Shown here: piece by piece, positions 1 through 9,053 of the stretch
Layout: each line of letters starts with the position of its first letter
Position numbering within the stretch: position 1 is the first letter of the stretch
Assembly (NCBI GenBank): GCA_963775055.1
Contig: CAVZHK010000005.1
Coordinates: forward strand, 511,305 to 575,304
Length of the DNA: 64,000 bases
DNA from: an uncultured Acidimicrobiaceae bacterium
GTDB lineage: Bacteria > Actinomycetota > Acidimicrobiia > Acidimicrobiales > CAIXPF01
Reading direction: 5' to 3'
The notes under the pieces: model-generated
Told to the model about the DNA's origin: nothing
Seen by the model: the letters and a program-made list of their open reading frames with translations, nothing else
The model's database searches: none
Position numbers and translations under genes: made by a program

Positions 1-676
1 CGTCGAAGCGTCCGTCGTCGAGCAGCCGATCCAGCTGGTACACGGTGTTGCCGACGAAGCCCAGCGCCTTGTCGATCTCGCGGAAGCCGGGGTGCACGAA
101 CCGGCGGCGCAGGACGACCTCGAAGAACTGCTTGTAGGGCTGGTCGAACCAAGGTCCCCAGATCGAGCTGAGCCGGGCCAGCACCCAGGCCGGCCGGCGG
201 TGGCCGTCACCTTCGGGCTGGGCCCGGACCAGCTCCTCCATGACCTGTTTCGAATGGCCGTACGCGGTGTTGGGGCAGAAATCCTGATCATGGCGGGGTT
301 GGTAGCCATATCGGCAAACCAGCATCGAGGAGGCGATCACCACCCGTTGGCAGCTGGTGGCCCGCAGCGCCCGCAGCAGGTTGGCGGTGCCCTCGGTGTT
401 GACGGCGTAGTCGGCGGGGGTGGAGCCGTCGAGGTCGGTGCGAGCGGCGAGGTGCAGCGCGTGGGTGGGTTCGAACGCCGTCACCGCGGCCGCCACGGCA
501 TCGGCATCGAGCAGATCGACCTGCAGGAACGATGCCTGCTGCGAGCACCCCATCGACCCTGCTCGTGGGGCCCGGCGGTCCAGACCCAACACCTGGTCCT
601 TCAGCTCGATCAGGCTGGTCACGGCGTTGGTGCCGATGAAACCGCTGCTGCCGGTCAGCAGGACCCGACGGTTCAC
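1..676 (-). CDS. NAD-dependent epimerase/dehydratase (SDR family); C-terminus lies beyond the window edge
   Basis: Own minus-strand translation from GTG at 676 gives VNRRVLLTGSSGFIGTNAV (GxxGxxG Rossmann motif) and later NTAYGHSKQ (YxxxK). GTGA overlap with the stop of the upstream GT gene (673-675). Absent from the ORF track because it runs off the window. Confidence 0.7.
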   Translation of the reverse strand, partial: MNRRVLLTGSSGFIGTNAVTSLIELKDQVLGLDRRAPRAGSMGCSQQASFLQVDLLDADAVAAAVTAFEPTHALHLAARTDLDGSTPADYAVNTEGTANLLRALRATSCQRVVIASSMLVCRYGYQPRHDQDFCPNTAYGHSKQVMEELVRAQPEGDGHRRPAWVLARLSSIWGPWFDQPYKQFFEVVLRRRFVHPGFREIDKALGFVGNTVYQLDRLLDDGRFD

Positions 677-1846
677 GGGCAGGCCACCTGGCGGATCAGC
701 CGGGCGGTGGCGTCACCGGCGGCGGCCCAGGAATAGCGCGAGGCGTTGGCCAGACCGGCGTCGCGCAGCTGCTGGCGGTACCCGTCGTCCTCGAGCATTG
801 TGGTCATGGCCTCAGCCAGCGAGGCCGGGTCGCGATGGTCGAAGAAGTGCGCACCGTCCCCCACCACCTCGGGCAGTGCCCCGCCCCTGGAGCAGATCAG
901 CGGCACCCCCAGCGCCTGGGCTTCCAGCGCCGGCAGACCAAACCCCTCATAGGCGGAGGGTTGGATGGCCGCCACCGCCCCCCGATACGCCCGGACCAGC
1001 TCGTCCTCGGCCACACCGCCCACCGCCACCAGGGACGTCGGACCCTCACACTGGACGATCGCCTCCGCCAGGAGCCCGTAGGGGTCAGTGCCGATCACCG
1101 CCACCTGCACCGGATTCGGCCGGCCCTGGTTGAGACGCCGCAGGGCCTCCGCCACGGTGTCGATGTTCTTGTTCCTGGTCACGGAGGCCACGATCAGAAA
1201 GTACGGCGCCCGCAACGCCCCCAACGGGGAGGGCGCCGCGCCGCGCCGCGCCGCTGGGCTCAGATCCGCACCCTCGCCGGTCCGCGCCGGCACCAACGCA
1301 GCCGCGGCCAGCAGGCTCGGTCGCACGGCCTCAGCGATGACGGTGACCTTGTGGCGCGACGCCACCACCAGCTCGGTCAGGTCCGCGGCGGTAGTCGCTG
1401 ACACCGCGATCACCGCCGCGCTCGGCGCGACAGGAAAGCACGGTGCCGACCCGGTAATAGTGCCGACGGAAGCGGGTCAGGGCCTCCGGGCAGCGGGCGT
1501 AGTACAGGTCGTGCACGGTGGTGATCTTGGGGGTCGATCCCAGGATCGGGCAGACGTATCCCGGGTTGAGCAGCACCGCCAGCCGGTCACGACGAGCCCG
1601 GACCACCAGCACCGTCTGCTCCCAGGCGATACGGGTCAGCGCCGAACGGAACGGGCCGTGGGCCACCTCCGTCACCCGCTCTCGCAAGGCCTCGGGCACC
1701 GACGCCCCCGCGGTGTACACCACCAGGTGCAAATCAGGCTGTTCTGCCAGCTCGCTCAGCAACGACCAGGCGTAGACCCCGGTGCCGCTGGGCCGATCCG
1801 AATCCAGGAACGTCAGGTTCACCCCGACTCGGAGCGTCTGGTTCAA
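673..1846 (-). pseudogene. GT4-family glycosyltransferase with one reading-frame break near 1435
   Basis: ORF 1331-1846 is the N-terminal half (..VHDLYYARCPEALTRFRRHYYRVGTV). ORF 673-1413 is the C-terminal half (..VIAVSATTAADL.., EGFGLPALEAQALGVPLICSRGGALPEVV). The halves join only with a 1-nt shift at an aaag run near 1435. TTG start at 1846. Confidence 0.75.
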
Positions 1847-1894
1847 AGACTGTGCCTGCTCAAAGACTGTGCCTGCTCAAAGACTGTGCCTGCC
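1844..1894. repeat. 17-bp tandem repeat, 3 copies (CAAAGACTGTGCCTGCT)
   Basis: Read directly: identical copies at 1844-1860 and 1861-1877, and a third copy at 1878-1894 with one change. It fills exactly the gap between the uxs stop (TAG 1894-1896) and the TTG start of the GT gene (1846). Confidence 0.95.
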
Positions 1895-2842
1895 TACCGA
1901 CCCAGACGGGCGGCGAAGTAAGGCGCGGTGAGGGCCAGCCCGTCGCGCAGCAACACCTGGGGCTCGAAGCCGATCTCGGCCCGGGCCAGGGTCAGATCCG
2001 GCTTGCGCTGGGTGGGGTCATCGACGGGCAACGGCTCGAAGATGATCTTCGAGCGGGAGCCGGTGACCTCGAAGACCAACCGCGCCAACTCCAGGATGGT
2101 GAACTCCTGGTGGTTGCCGATGTTCACCGGGCCCAACGACATCGGAGTCCAGCAGGCCGAGGAAGCCGCGCACCTCGTCGTCGACGTAGGTGAAGCTGCG
2201 GGTCTGGCTGCCGTCGCCGTAGACCGTGACGGTCCTGCCCGCTGAGCGCCTGGACGATGAAGTTGGACACCGCCCGCCCGTCGTCGGGGCGCATGCGGGG
2301 CCCGTAGGTGTTGAAGATCCGGACGATCCGCACGTCGAGGCCGTGGCTGGCGGTGGTACGCCATGGTCATGGCCTCGGCGAAGCGCTTGGCCTCGTCGTA
2401 CACGCCGCGGGGCCCGATGGGGTTCACGTTGCCCCAGTAGGTCTCGGGCTGCGGGTGCACCAGCGGGTCGCCGTAGACCTCGCTGGTGGAGGCCAGGAAG
2501 AACTTGGCGCCCTTGTCCTTGGCCAGGCCGAGGCGCGTTGTGGGTGCCCGAGGCTGCCCACCTTGAGGATCTGGATCGGGATGCGCTCGAAGTCGATGGG
2601 CGAGGCCGGGCTGGCGAAGTGCATGACGGCGTCGACCGTCGCCGGGCACGTGCACGTAGCGTGGAGACGTCGTGCTCGACGAAGCGTGAAGCCCGCGCTC
2701 GCCGAACAGGTGCTCGATGTTGGACATCGAGCCGGTGATCAGGTTGTCGAGGCAGACGACCTCGTCGCCGCGGTCGAGCAGGCGCGTGGCAGAGGTGCGA
2801 GCCGAGGAAGCCGGCGCCGCCGGTGACCACGATGCGGGCCAT
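1894..2842 (-). pseudogene. uxs: UDP-glucuronate decarboxylase (UDP-xylose synthase) with at least 9 frame switches
   Basis: Starts MARIVVTGGAGFLGSHLC (ATG 2842). Family-typical blocks are spread over all three minus frames: [136 protein letters not shown]. Confidence 0.8.
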
Positions 2843-2844
2843 CG

Positions 2845-4151
2845 TCAGGCTCCGGCCGATGCCGTCGTAGCTGAACCCGCGGCGCCTTGATGGCGTCACG
2901 GTCGAGCAGGTTGCGGGCGTCGACCACTGCTTGGCGGGCCGATGACCTCGCGCGACCTTGTCGAAGTCGAGCCACTTGAAATCGTCCCACTCGGTGAGCA
3001 CCGCCAGCACGTCGGCCCCCGTCGCAGGCGTCGTAGGGGTCGGTGACGACCTCGATGCCGGCGAGCCGCGTCGATCGGGCTGTGCTGACGGCCGGGTCGT
3101 AGGCCCGGACCTCGGCGCCGACCTCCAGCAGCCGGCCGATGATGTCGAGCGACGGCGAGTCCCGCAGGTCGTCGGTGCGGGCCTTGAACGTGAGGCCCCA
3201 GCACGGCGATGGTCTTGCCCTCGAGCGGATGCCGCCCGGCCACCGAGCGGTGTGATCTTGTTGGCAACCCGGCCGAACTGCTCCTCGTTGACCGCGATGA
3301 CCCCTTCGAGCAGGCCGAAGTGGTAGCCGCGAGTTCTCGGCGATGCGCACCAGCGCGTGGGAGTCCTTGGGGAAGCAGCTGCCGCCCCAGCCCGGGTCCG
3401 GGGCGCAGGAACTCGTTGCCGATGCGCTTGTCGTAGCCCATGCCCAGGATCACGTCGTTGACGTCGGCGCCGACGGCTTCGCACACGGCGGCGATGGCGT
3501 TCACGAAGCTGATCTTGGTGGCCAGGAAGGCGTTGGAGGCGTACTTGATGGTCTCCGCCGAGGCCGGGTCGGTGACCATCAACGGGCGCCGGGAGCCCCA
3601 CGTACAGCGCGGCCACCCGCACCGCGGCGGCCTGGTTGTCGGCGCCGATGACCACCCGGTCGGGGTGCAGGAAGTCGTCGACCGCGGTGCCCTCGCGCAG
3701 GAACTCCGGGTTCGAGACCACGCGCACGTCGGGTCGGCCCAGGGCCCGTTCCACGACCTTGGTCGAGCCGACGGGGACGGTGGACTTGTTGATGACCACG
3801 GCGTCCGGCCGGCAGGACGCGGGCCGATCTGGCGGGCGGCGGCCTCGATGTAGCGACAGGTCGGCGGATCCGTCCGCGCCCTGCGGCGTGGGCACGCAGA
3901 GGTAGACGAACTCGCACTCGGCGGCGGCCTTGGCGGCGCCCAGCACGAAGCGTCAGCCGACCCGAGGCCCGGCCTTCTTCGCACCACTCGATCGAGGCCC
4001 GGCCTCGAGGATGGGGATCTCGCCCCGGTTGAGCGGTTCGACCTTGTCCACGTCGATGTCGGCGCAGATCGACCTCATGGCCGAGATGGGCGAAGCAGGC
4101 CCCGGTAGTGAGACCGACATAGCCCGTACCGATGACGGCGATCTTGCTCAT
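2845..4151 (-). pseudogene. ugd: UDP-glucose 6-dehydrogenase with at least 12 frame switches; 3' end approximate
   Basis: Starts MSKIAVIGTGYVGLTTGACFAHLGHEV (ATG 4151). Later blocks alternate between frames: ICADIDVDKV, VLGAAKAAAECEFVYLCVPTP, VVINKSTVPVGST..SNPEFLREG, LMVTDPASAETIKYASNAFLATKISFVNA, GYHFGLLEGVIAVNEEQ, LTFKARTDDLRDSPSLDII, VLTEWDDFKWLDF. I traced 6 switches in the first ~400 nt. Confidence 0.8.
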
Positions 4152-4200
4152 GAGGCGGAGTCCCTTTCAGTTCGCGGACGGAAACCGGAGATCGTGCACG

Positions 4201-4226
4201 CCGCTGGGGCTTCTTTCTACCAGCGG
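4201..4226 (-). other. Hairpin CCGCTGG-N12-CCAGCGG between the LCP gene and ugd
   Basis: Perfect 7-bp inverted repeat read directly (4201-4207 / 4220-4226). There is no T-run after it, so it is not a canonical intrinsic terminator. Confidence 0.3.
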
Positions 4227-4316
4227 ATGGGGGAAATGAGTGGCGAGTCAGCCACGCAGCGTGACCTCGGTGGTGGGCAGGAGGTGAATCGCTCGTGGGA
4301 TTGGTCGAGGCATCGG

Positions 4317-5784
4317 TCAGCGGCAGTTGGCGGCTTCGGCTTCGGCCTCAGAGCCCGGCACAACGCCATAACGGGTGGTCGACGTGATCGGGGTGATGGT
4401 GGTCGTGGCGCCCGGGGCCGGCGCGGTGCTCGTGGTGGTCGTGGCAGGGGCGGGTTGATCATTGACCCCCCGATAGTCGAAGCCGGTGGTGATCTCGATC
4501 AGCCCATCGGTGAGATCGGGATCCTCCACCAGGGTGGCCCCCGCTTGCAGGTAACGGACCAGGTGCTCGGCCTGGCTGCGTTGCTCGGGGGCGAAGCGGA
4601 TGATGGTGCGGGCCACGCCCTGGGGGTCCGCATCCCCGATGCCCGCCACGTCGAAGCCGACTTCGGCCAGGGCGTCACCGGTGGTGGTGCCTTCGAGCTC
4701 ACGGCCGGTGCCGTTGAGCACCCGCACGCCGATCTCGGCCGGGTCGGGCTGGGCCGCCACCGCCCCCCGAAAGATGTCCAGGATGGGCTCGGATTCGCTC
4801 TCGATGGCCCGCACGATGGAGATCTCCCCTACCGAGTCGATCACCACCGGCAGCGAATAGGTCTCCAGCATCGCGGGCTCGAAGTTGCGGAACTTCTTGC
4901 CCAACGCCACCAGTTCAGCGGCGCCGAACCCCTCGTCGAGCACCACTGCCTGCAGGCCGGTGTTGACCAGTTGGTTGAGCGTGAAGGGGTTGCGAACCCC
5001 CTTGGTCACTGCCCGGCCCAGCGCCTTGCGGATGAAGTCCTGCTGACGGCTGATGCGACCCAGGTCCGACGGTGGGGTCGTAGAGCCAATCCTCGCTGTC
5101 CTCGTCGTAATACTCGTAGTAGCGGGAGCGGGCGTAGGCCAGGGCCTGGGTGCCGTGGAGGGTGACGCAGCCCGGCTCGGGGATGTCCAGGCCGGTGTAG
5201 ACGTCACGGACCGGGGTGTCGAAGTACACCTTCACCCCGTCGACCACCTCGACGAGCTGTTCGAACTGGGCGAAGTCAACCTGGACATAGTGGTCGAGGG
5301 GGATGGCGAAGTTGTCCTGGATGGTGTCGATCAGGGTGGCCGGTCCGCCGACGGTGAGGGCGGTGTTGATCTTGTCGTTGCGGCCGGTACCGGCGATCTC
5401 GACCCAGAGATCCCGGGGAAAGGACACCAGGGCCACCCGGTCCTGTTCGGGCATGATCCGCAGCACCATGATGGTGTCCGAGCGCAGGCCGCTAATGCCC
5501 TGCTCGTCCCGTTCGGCCCGGCGCGGATCATCCTCGGGGAGCCCGTCGGCCACGTCCACCCCGACCATCAGGATGTTCATGGGCTGTTTGGCCCCGTCCA
5601 GATCGTCATTGCCGGTCAGGGCGTGGGACAGCCGCACGTGTTGGATCTGCCCGGTCTTGCTGTCCACATAGAACAGAGCCCCGGCCGACGCGAAACAGGT
5701 CAGCGCGACCAGCGTGGCCAGGCTCAGGAACAGCCGCTGAGGCCAGGTTCGGCGTAACTTCACCCCCGCCGGGACGGACAACAC
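4317..5784 (-). pseudogene. LytR-CpsA-Psr (LCP) family glycopolymer ligase with LytR_C-like C-terminal domain; one frame break near 5070
   Basis: ORF 4915-5784 has an N-terminal TM anchor and LCP blocks (MNILMVGVD, RSDTIMVLRI, SFPRDLWV). After ..YYDEDSEDWLYDPT a 1-nt shift continues in ORF 4317-5207 (SDLGRISRQQDFIRKAL.., VRVLNGTGRELEGTTTGDAL). Confidence 0.8.
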
Positions 5785-5957
5785 GGGTTAGGACGCTAGC
5801 CATGCCCGTCACCCTGACCCGCTGATGCCCGCCCCGTTCGCTCCCTGCGGACGCCTCAGCGCAACCCCGCCCCGCACGCGATTCGTCCCCCCGCGCCGTC
5901 GCCGTCCCCGTCCCGGCCACCGCCGATCGAGCTCGAGCAGCGGTCCGCAGGATTGAA

Positions 5958-5976
5958 ATGATATGAAATATATCAT
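5958..5976. promoter_or_regulatory. AT-rich perfect inverted repeat ATGATAT-N5-ATATCAT upstream of the LCP gene
   Basis: Read directly. It is embedded in a 30-nt stretch (5951-5980) with only 7 G+C, and lies about 175 nt upstream of the LCP start on the minus strand. Confidence 0.4.
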
Positions 5977-6159
5977 AACGCGTGTCATGGGGCGGATTCG
6001 GGACACACCGACCGGTCGATGGTCGCTGTTGTTCGACGCAGAGCGCTTCGGGCGCCGCTCTCTGTCGAGATTTGGCCCGTCTGAGCGTTCGTTGACGGCC
6101 GGGTTTGTCCCAAAACCGCCCCTTGGCGCTGTGACCCCATGGGCGGCCGGTCGCGGGTG

Positions 6160-7236
6160 TCACGCCAGGCGGAGGTGGGTGATGTCCGCGGCGGCGAAAT
6201 GGCGACGAAAGCCGTCGATCTCCACGATGAGCTGGCCGTCATTGGCGATATCCACCGCGGTGCCCAAGAGCGGAGCGTCCGGTAACTCGACCCGGACCTG
6301 ACGTCCCAGCGTGACGGAACAGGCCCGATAGCGCGCCAGGAGCCGGTCGGGTCCGCCGGGGCTTTCCAGCAACGTGAGCTGGGCCTCGAGGTTCCGAATG
6401 GCGGCCTGCGCCAACGCCACCCGGTCCACGTCCGCACCGGCGAGCTGGTTGAGGGCCACCGCCGTGTCCGCCAACTCGGCGGGAACCTCGGGTGGCCAGT
6501 TGACGTTCATGCCGATACCGATGACCAGCGCCTCCACCCGACCGCCGCGCACCGAGGACTCTGCCAGCACCCCGGCCAGCTTCCGGTCCTGCACGAACAG
6601 GTCGTTGGGCCATTTGAGGCCGACCTCGACCCCGGCCACTTCAGCGCAGGCCCCGGCCGCGGCCAGCGACAGCGCCATGGTGAACAGGTGCAGCTGGGAG
6701 GGCGGCAGGTGCGGGAACAGCCGCACCGACATCAGCAGCGAGCCTCCCGGCGGATCGAACCAGCTGCGCCCCTTGGTACCCCGCCCCGCCGTCTGATGGT
6801 CCGTGATCAGCACTGCCGGCCCGGGCCTGGCGACTTCCGCATTTGATCCCATGGCGCGCCCATCGACCGAACCGGCGTGGACGTCGGGCCCGGCGCCGCT
6901 GCCGGTCGGCGCCACCGAATCGACCGTGGCAGGGGCGGCGGCAGCGTCGACGGCATCGACTGAGGCGGCGGTGCTCGGGACAGCGGTGCTCGGGACAGCG
7001 GTGCTCGGCGCTGGCGAGCGCAGTTCGTCGAGGAGGTCGCGGTTGGTGGAGCCGGTCTCCGTCACCCAGTCCAGCTGGGCGAAGCGGGTGCCGATGAGGC
7101 CTGCCCGCAGCGTTGCCGCCCGCTCCCCCGCCGCGACCTGGGACGGCCCCTGAGCTGGTGGTCTCGCCTGGGGGTCCTCTGAGCGACTATCCATGGGGCG
7201 TGCTTTCTGAGGTGCAGTCTTCCACCGGTCAGTCAT
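6160..7236 (-). CDS. birA: Biotin--[acetyl-CoA-carboxylase] ligase
   Basis: Motifs ETGSTNRDLL, DHQTAGRGTKGRSW, LKWPNDLFVQDRKLAGVLAE. No N-terminal helix-turn-helix recognised. Start uncertain (an alternative Met at 7194). Confidence 0.85.
   Translation of the reverse strand: MTDRWKTAPQKARPMDSRSEDPQARPPAQGPSQVAAGERAATLRAGLIGTRFAQLDWVTETGSTNRDLLDELRSPAPSTAVPSTAVPSTAASVDAVDAAAAPATVDSVAPTGSGAGPDVHAGSVDGRAMGSNAEVARPGPAVLITDHQTAGRGTKGRSWFDPPGGSLLMSVRLFPHLPPSQLHLFTMALSLAAAGACAEVAGVEVGLKWPNDLFVQDRKLAGVLAESSVRGGRVEALVIGIGMNVNWPPEVPAELADTAVALNQLAGADVDRVALAQAAIRNLEAQLTLLESPGGPDRLLARYRACSVTLGRQVRVELPDAPLLGTAVDIANDGQLIVEIDGFRRHFAAADITHLRLA
6971..7008. repeat. 15-bp in-frame tandem repeat, about 2.5 copies, inside birA
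   Basis: gtgctcgggacagcg at 6971-6985 and 6986-7000, then a partial copy. It encodes the repeated STAVP pentapeptide on the minus strand. Confidence 0.9.
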
Positions 7237-9044
7237 CGGGGCCTTTCTCCAGCGGGCTCTTTTCCAAGGTGCTCATCGCCAATCGGGGTGAGATCGCGGT
7301 GCGGGTCATCAGGGCCTGCCGCGAGCTCGGCATTCCCACGGTGGCGGTCTACTCCGAACTGGACCGGGAGGCACTGCATGTGCGCCTGGCCGATGAGGCG
7401 TACGCCCTGGGTGGGCGAACCGCGGCCGAGAGCTATCTCAACACCGAGGCCATCCTCGATGTGATCCGTCGCAGCGGCGCCGACGCGGTGCATCCGGGCT
7501 ACGGGTTCTTCTCCGAGAACGCCGACTTCGCCCGGGCCATCACCGACCTGGGCGTGACCTTCATCGGCCCCCCGCCCGAGGCCATTGTGGTCATGGGCGA
7601 CAAGATCTCTGCCCGTTTGGCGGCCCAGCGGGGCGGGGTGTCCGGCGTGCCCGGCACCACCGAGTTCATAACCGACCCCTCACAGGTGCTGGAGTTCGGC
7701 AAGACCCACGGCTACCCCATCGCCATCAAGGCGGCCTACGGGGGCGGCGGTCGGGGCATGAAGGTGGTTCCGGATGAGGCGTCGGTGCAAGGCGCCATCG
7801 ATTCCGCCCAGCGCGAGGCCAAGGCCTACTTCGGGCGTGACGAGATTTACATGGAGCGCTACCTCACCAAGCCCCGCCACATCGAGATCCAGGTGTTCGG
7901 TGACCACCACGGCAACTACGTCTACCTGGCCGAGCGGGACTGTTCTGCCCAGCGCCGCCACCAGAAGCTGATCGAGGAGGCCCCCGCGCCGGGCCTGCCC
8001 GATGAGATCCGCCAACAGATGGGCGAGGCCGCGGTGGCCGTGGCCCGGGCCTGCGGGTATTTCAACGCAGGCACCTGCGAGTTCCTATACGAGGACGGCG
8101 GGTTCTTCTTCCTGGAGATGAACACGCGGCTGCAGGTGGAGCATCCGGTGACGGAGATGATCACCGGGCTGGACCTGGTGGAGTGGCAGCTCCGGGTGGC
8201 GGCCGGCCAACCGCTGCCGCTGACCCAGGACCAGGTCGAGTTGCGGGGCCACGCCATCGAGGTGCGGATCAACGCCGAAAACCCCTCCGCCGGACGGTTC
8301 CTGCCCTCTCCTGGTTCCATCACCAAGCTGCGGGCCCCAGCCGGTTACGGCACCCGTTGGGACGGCGGGTATGAGGCCGGAGACGAGATCAGCCAGTACT
8401 ACGACAACCTGGTCGGCAAGCTGGTCTGCTGGGGTAAGGATCGTGACACCGCCATCGCCCGGACGTTACGGGCGTTGCGGGAGTTCGACATCGCCGGAGT
8501 GCATACCACCATTCCTGCCGACATCGCCATCCTGTCCCATCCCGATTTCGCCGCAGTGGAGCATTCCACCAAGTGGGTGGAGGATGTTCTAGACCTTTCC
8601 GGGATCGTTTCGGACAAGGGCGACGGTGCTGGTGCCACGGCCCCCACCGGTGAGGACGGCGAGGCCCCAAGGGTTCGCCGCCAGGTCGATGTGGAGGTGA
8701 ACGGCAAGAAGTTCGCCGTGGCCATGTGGGTGCCGGACGTGCCCCTGGTGGCGGCTGCTGGTGGTGTCGGCGGGGGGGCCAAAGCGCCTCGTCCTCGCCG
8801 GGCCGCGGCGGCTGCGGGCGGCGGGGGTGGTTCGGGTTCGGTGGCGGTGCCGATGCAGGGCACCATCGTCAAGGTTTTGGTGGCCGAGGGTGACGCCGTG
8901 GAGGCCGGTCAGACCGTGGTGGTGTTGGAGGCCATGAAGATGGAGAACAACATCGCCGCCGAGAAGGGCGGCACCGTCAAGGCCATCAAGGTGAAAGCCG
9001 GTGACACGGTGGGTTCCGGTGACGTGGTGGTGGTCATCGAGTAA
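7212..9044 (+). CDS. accA: Acetyl/propionyl-CoA carboxylase alpha subunit (biotin carboxylase plus C-terminal biotinyl carrier domain)
   Basis: KVLIANRGEIAVRVIRA.., biotin carboxylase blocks, and a C-terminal EAMKMEN biotinylation motif. The track ORF starts at 7113 but overlaps birA, so I placed the start at the in-frame GTG 7212. Start uncertain. Confidence 0.9.
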   Translation: MQSSTGQSSGPFSSGLFSKVLIANRGEIAVRVIRACRELGIPTVAVYSELDREALHVRLADEAYALGGRTAAESYLNTEAILDVIRRSGADAVHPGYGFFSENADFARAITDLGVTFIGPPPEAIVVMGDKISARLAAQRGGVSGVPGTTEFITDPSQVLEFGKTHGYPIAIKAAYGGGGRGMKVVPDEASVQGAIDSAQREAKAYFGRDEIYMERYLTKPRHIEIQVFGDHHGNYVYLAERDCSAQRRHQKLIEEAPAPGLPDEIRQQMGEAAVAVARACGYFNAGTCEFLYEDGGFFFLEMNTRLQVEHPVTEMITGLDLVEWQLRVAAGQPLPLTQDQVELRGHAIEVRINAENPSAGRFLPSPGSITKLRAPAGYGTRWDGGYEAGDEISQYYDNLVGKLVCWGKDRDTAIARTLRALREFDIAGVHTTIPADIAILSHPDFAAVEHSTKWVEDVLDLSGIVSDKGDGAGATAPTGEDGEAPRVRRQVDVEVNGKKFAVAMWVPDVPLVAAAGGVGGGAKAPRPRRAAAAAGGGGGSGSVAVPMQGTIVKVLVAEGDAVEAGQTVVVLEAMKMENNIAAEKGGTVKAIKVKAGDTVGSGDVVVVIE

Positions 9045-9053
9045 CCCCGACTG

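Noticed and set aside
1844-1894. Short tandem repeats (1844-1894, 10369-10407, 56318-56373, 59057-59094) as a CRISPR array
   Set aside because: The copies are directly adjacent with no unique spacers, there are only 2-3.5 units, the unit lengths are 11-28 bp, and no cas genes are present.
2838-2850. Apparent ugd-uxs fusion: one minus frame reads ..YDGIGRSLTMARIVVTGGAGF.. without a stop
   Set aside because: ugd and uxs are separate enzymes in all systems I know. A TGA lies at 2845-2847 in the adjacent frame, and the region is riddled with frame errors. The read-through is most simply another indel artefact.
5606-6163. 185-aa ORF in the birA-LCP intergenic region
   Set aside because: The composition is Arg/Ala/Gly-rich and non-protein-like, with no motif and no ribosome-binding site. 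It overlaps the 5' end of the LCP gene and most of the intergenic region, including the AT-rich palindrome, which looks regulatory.
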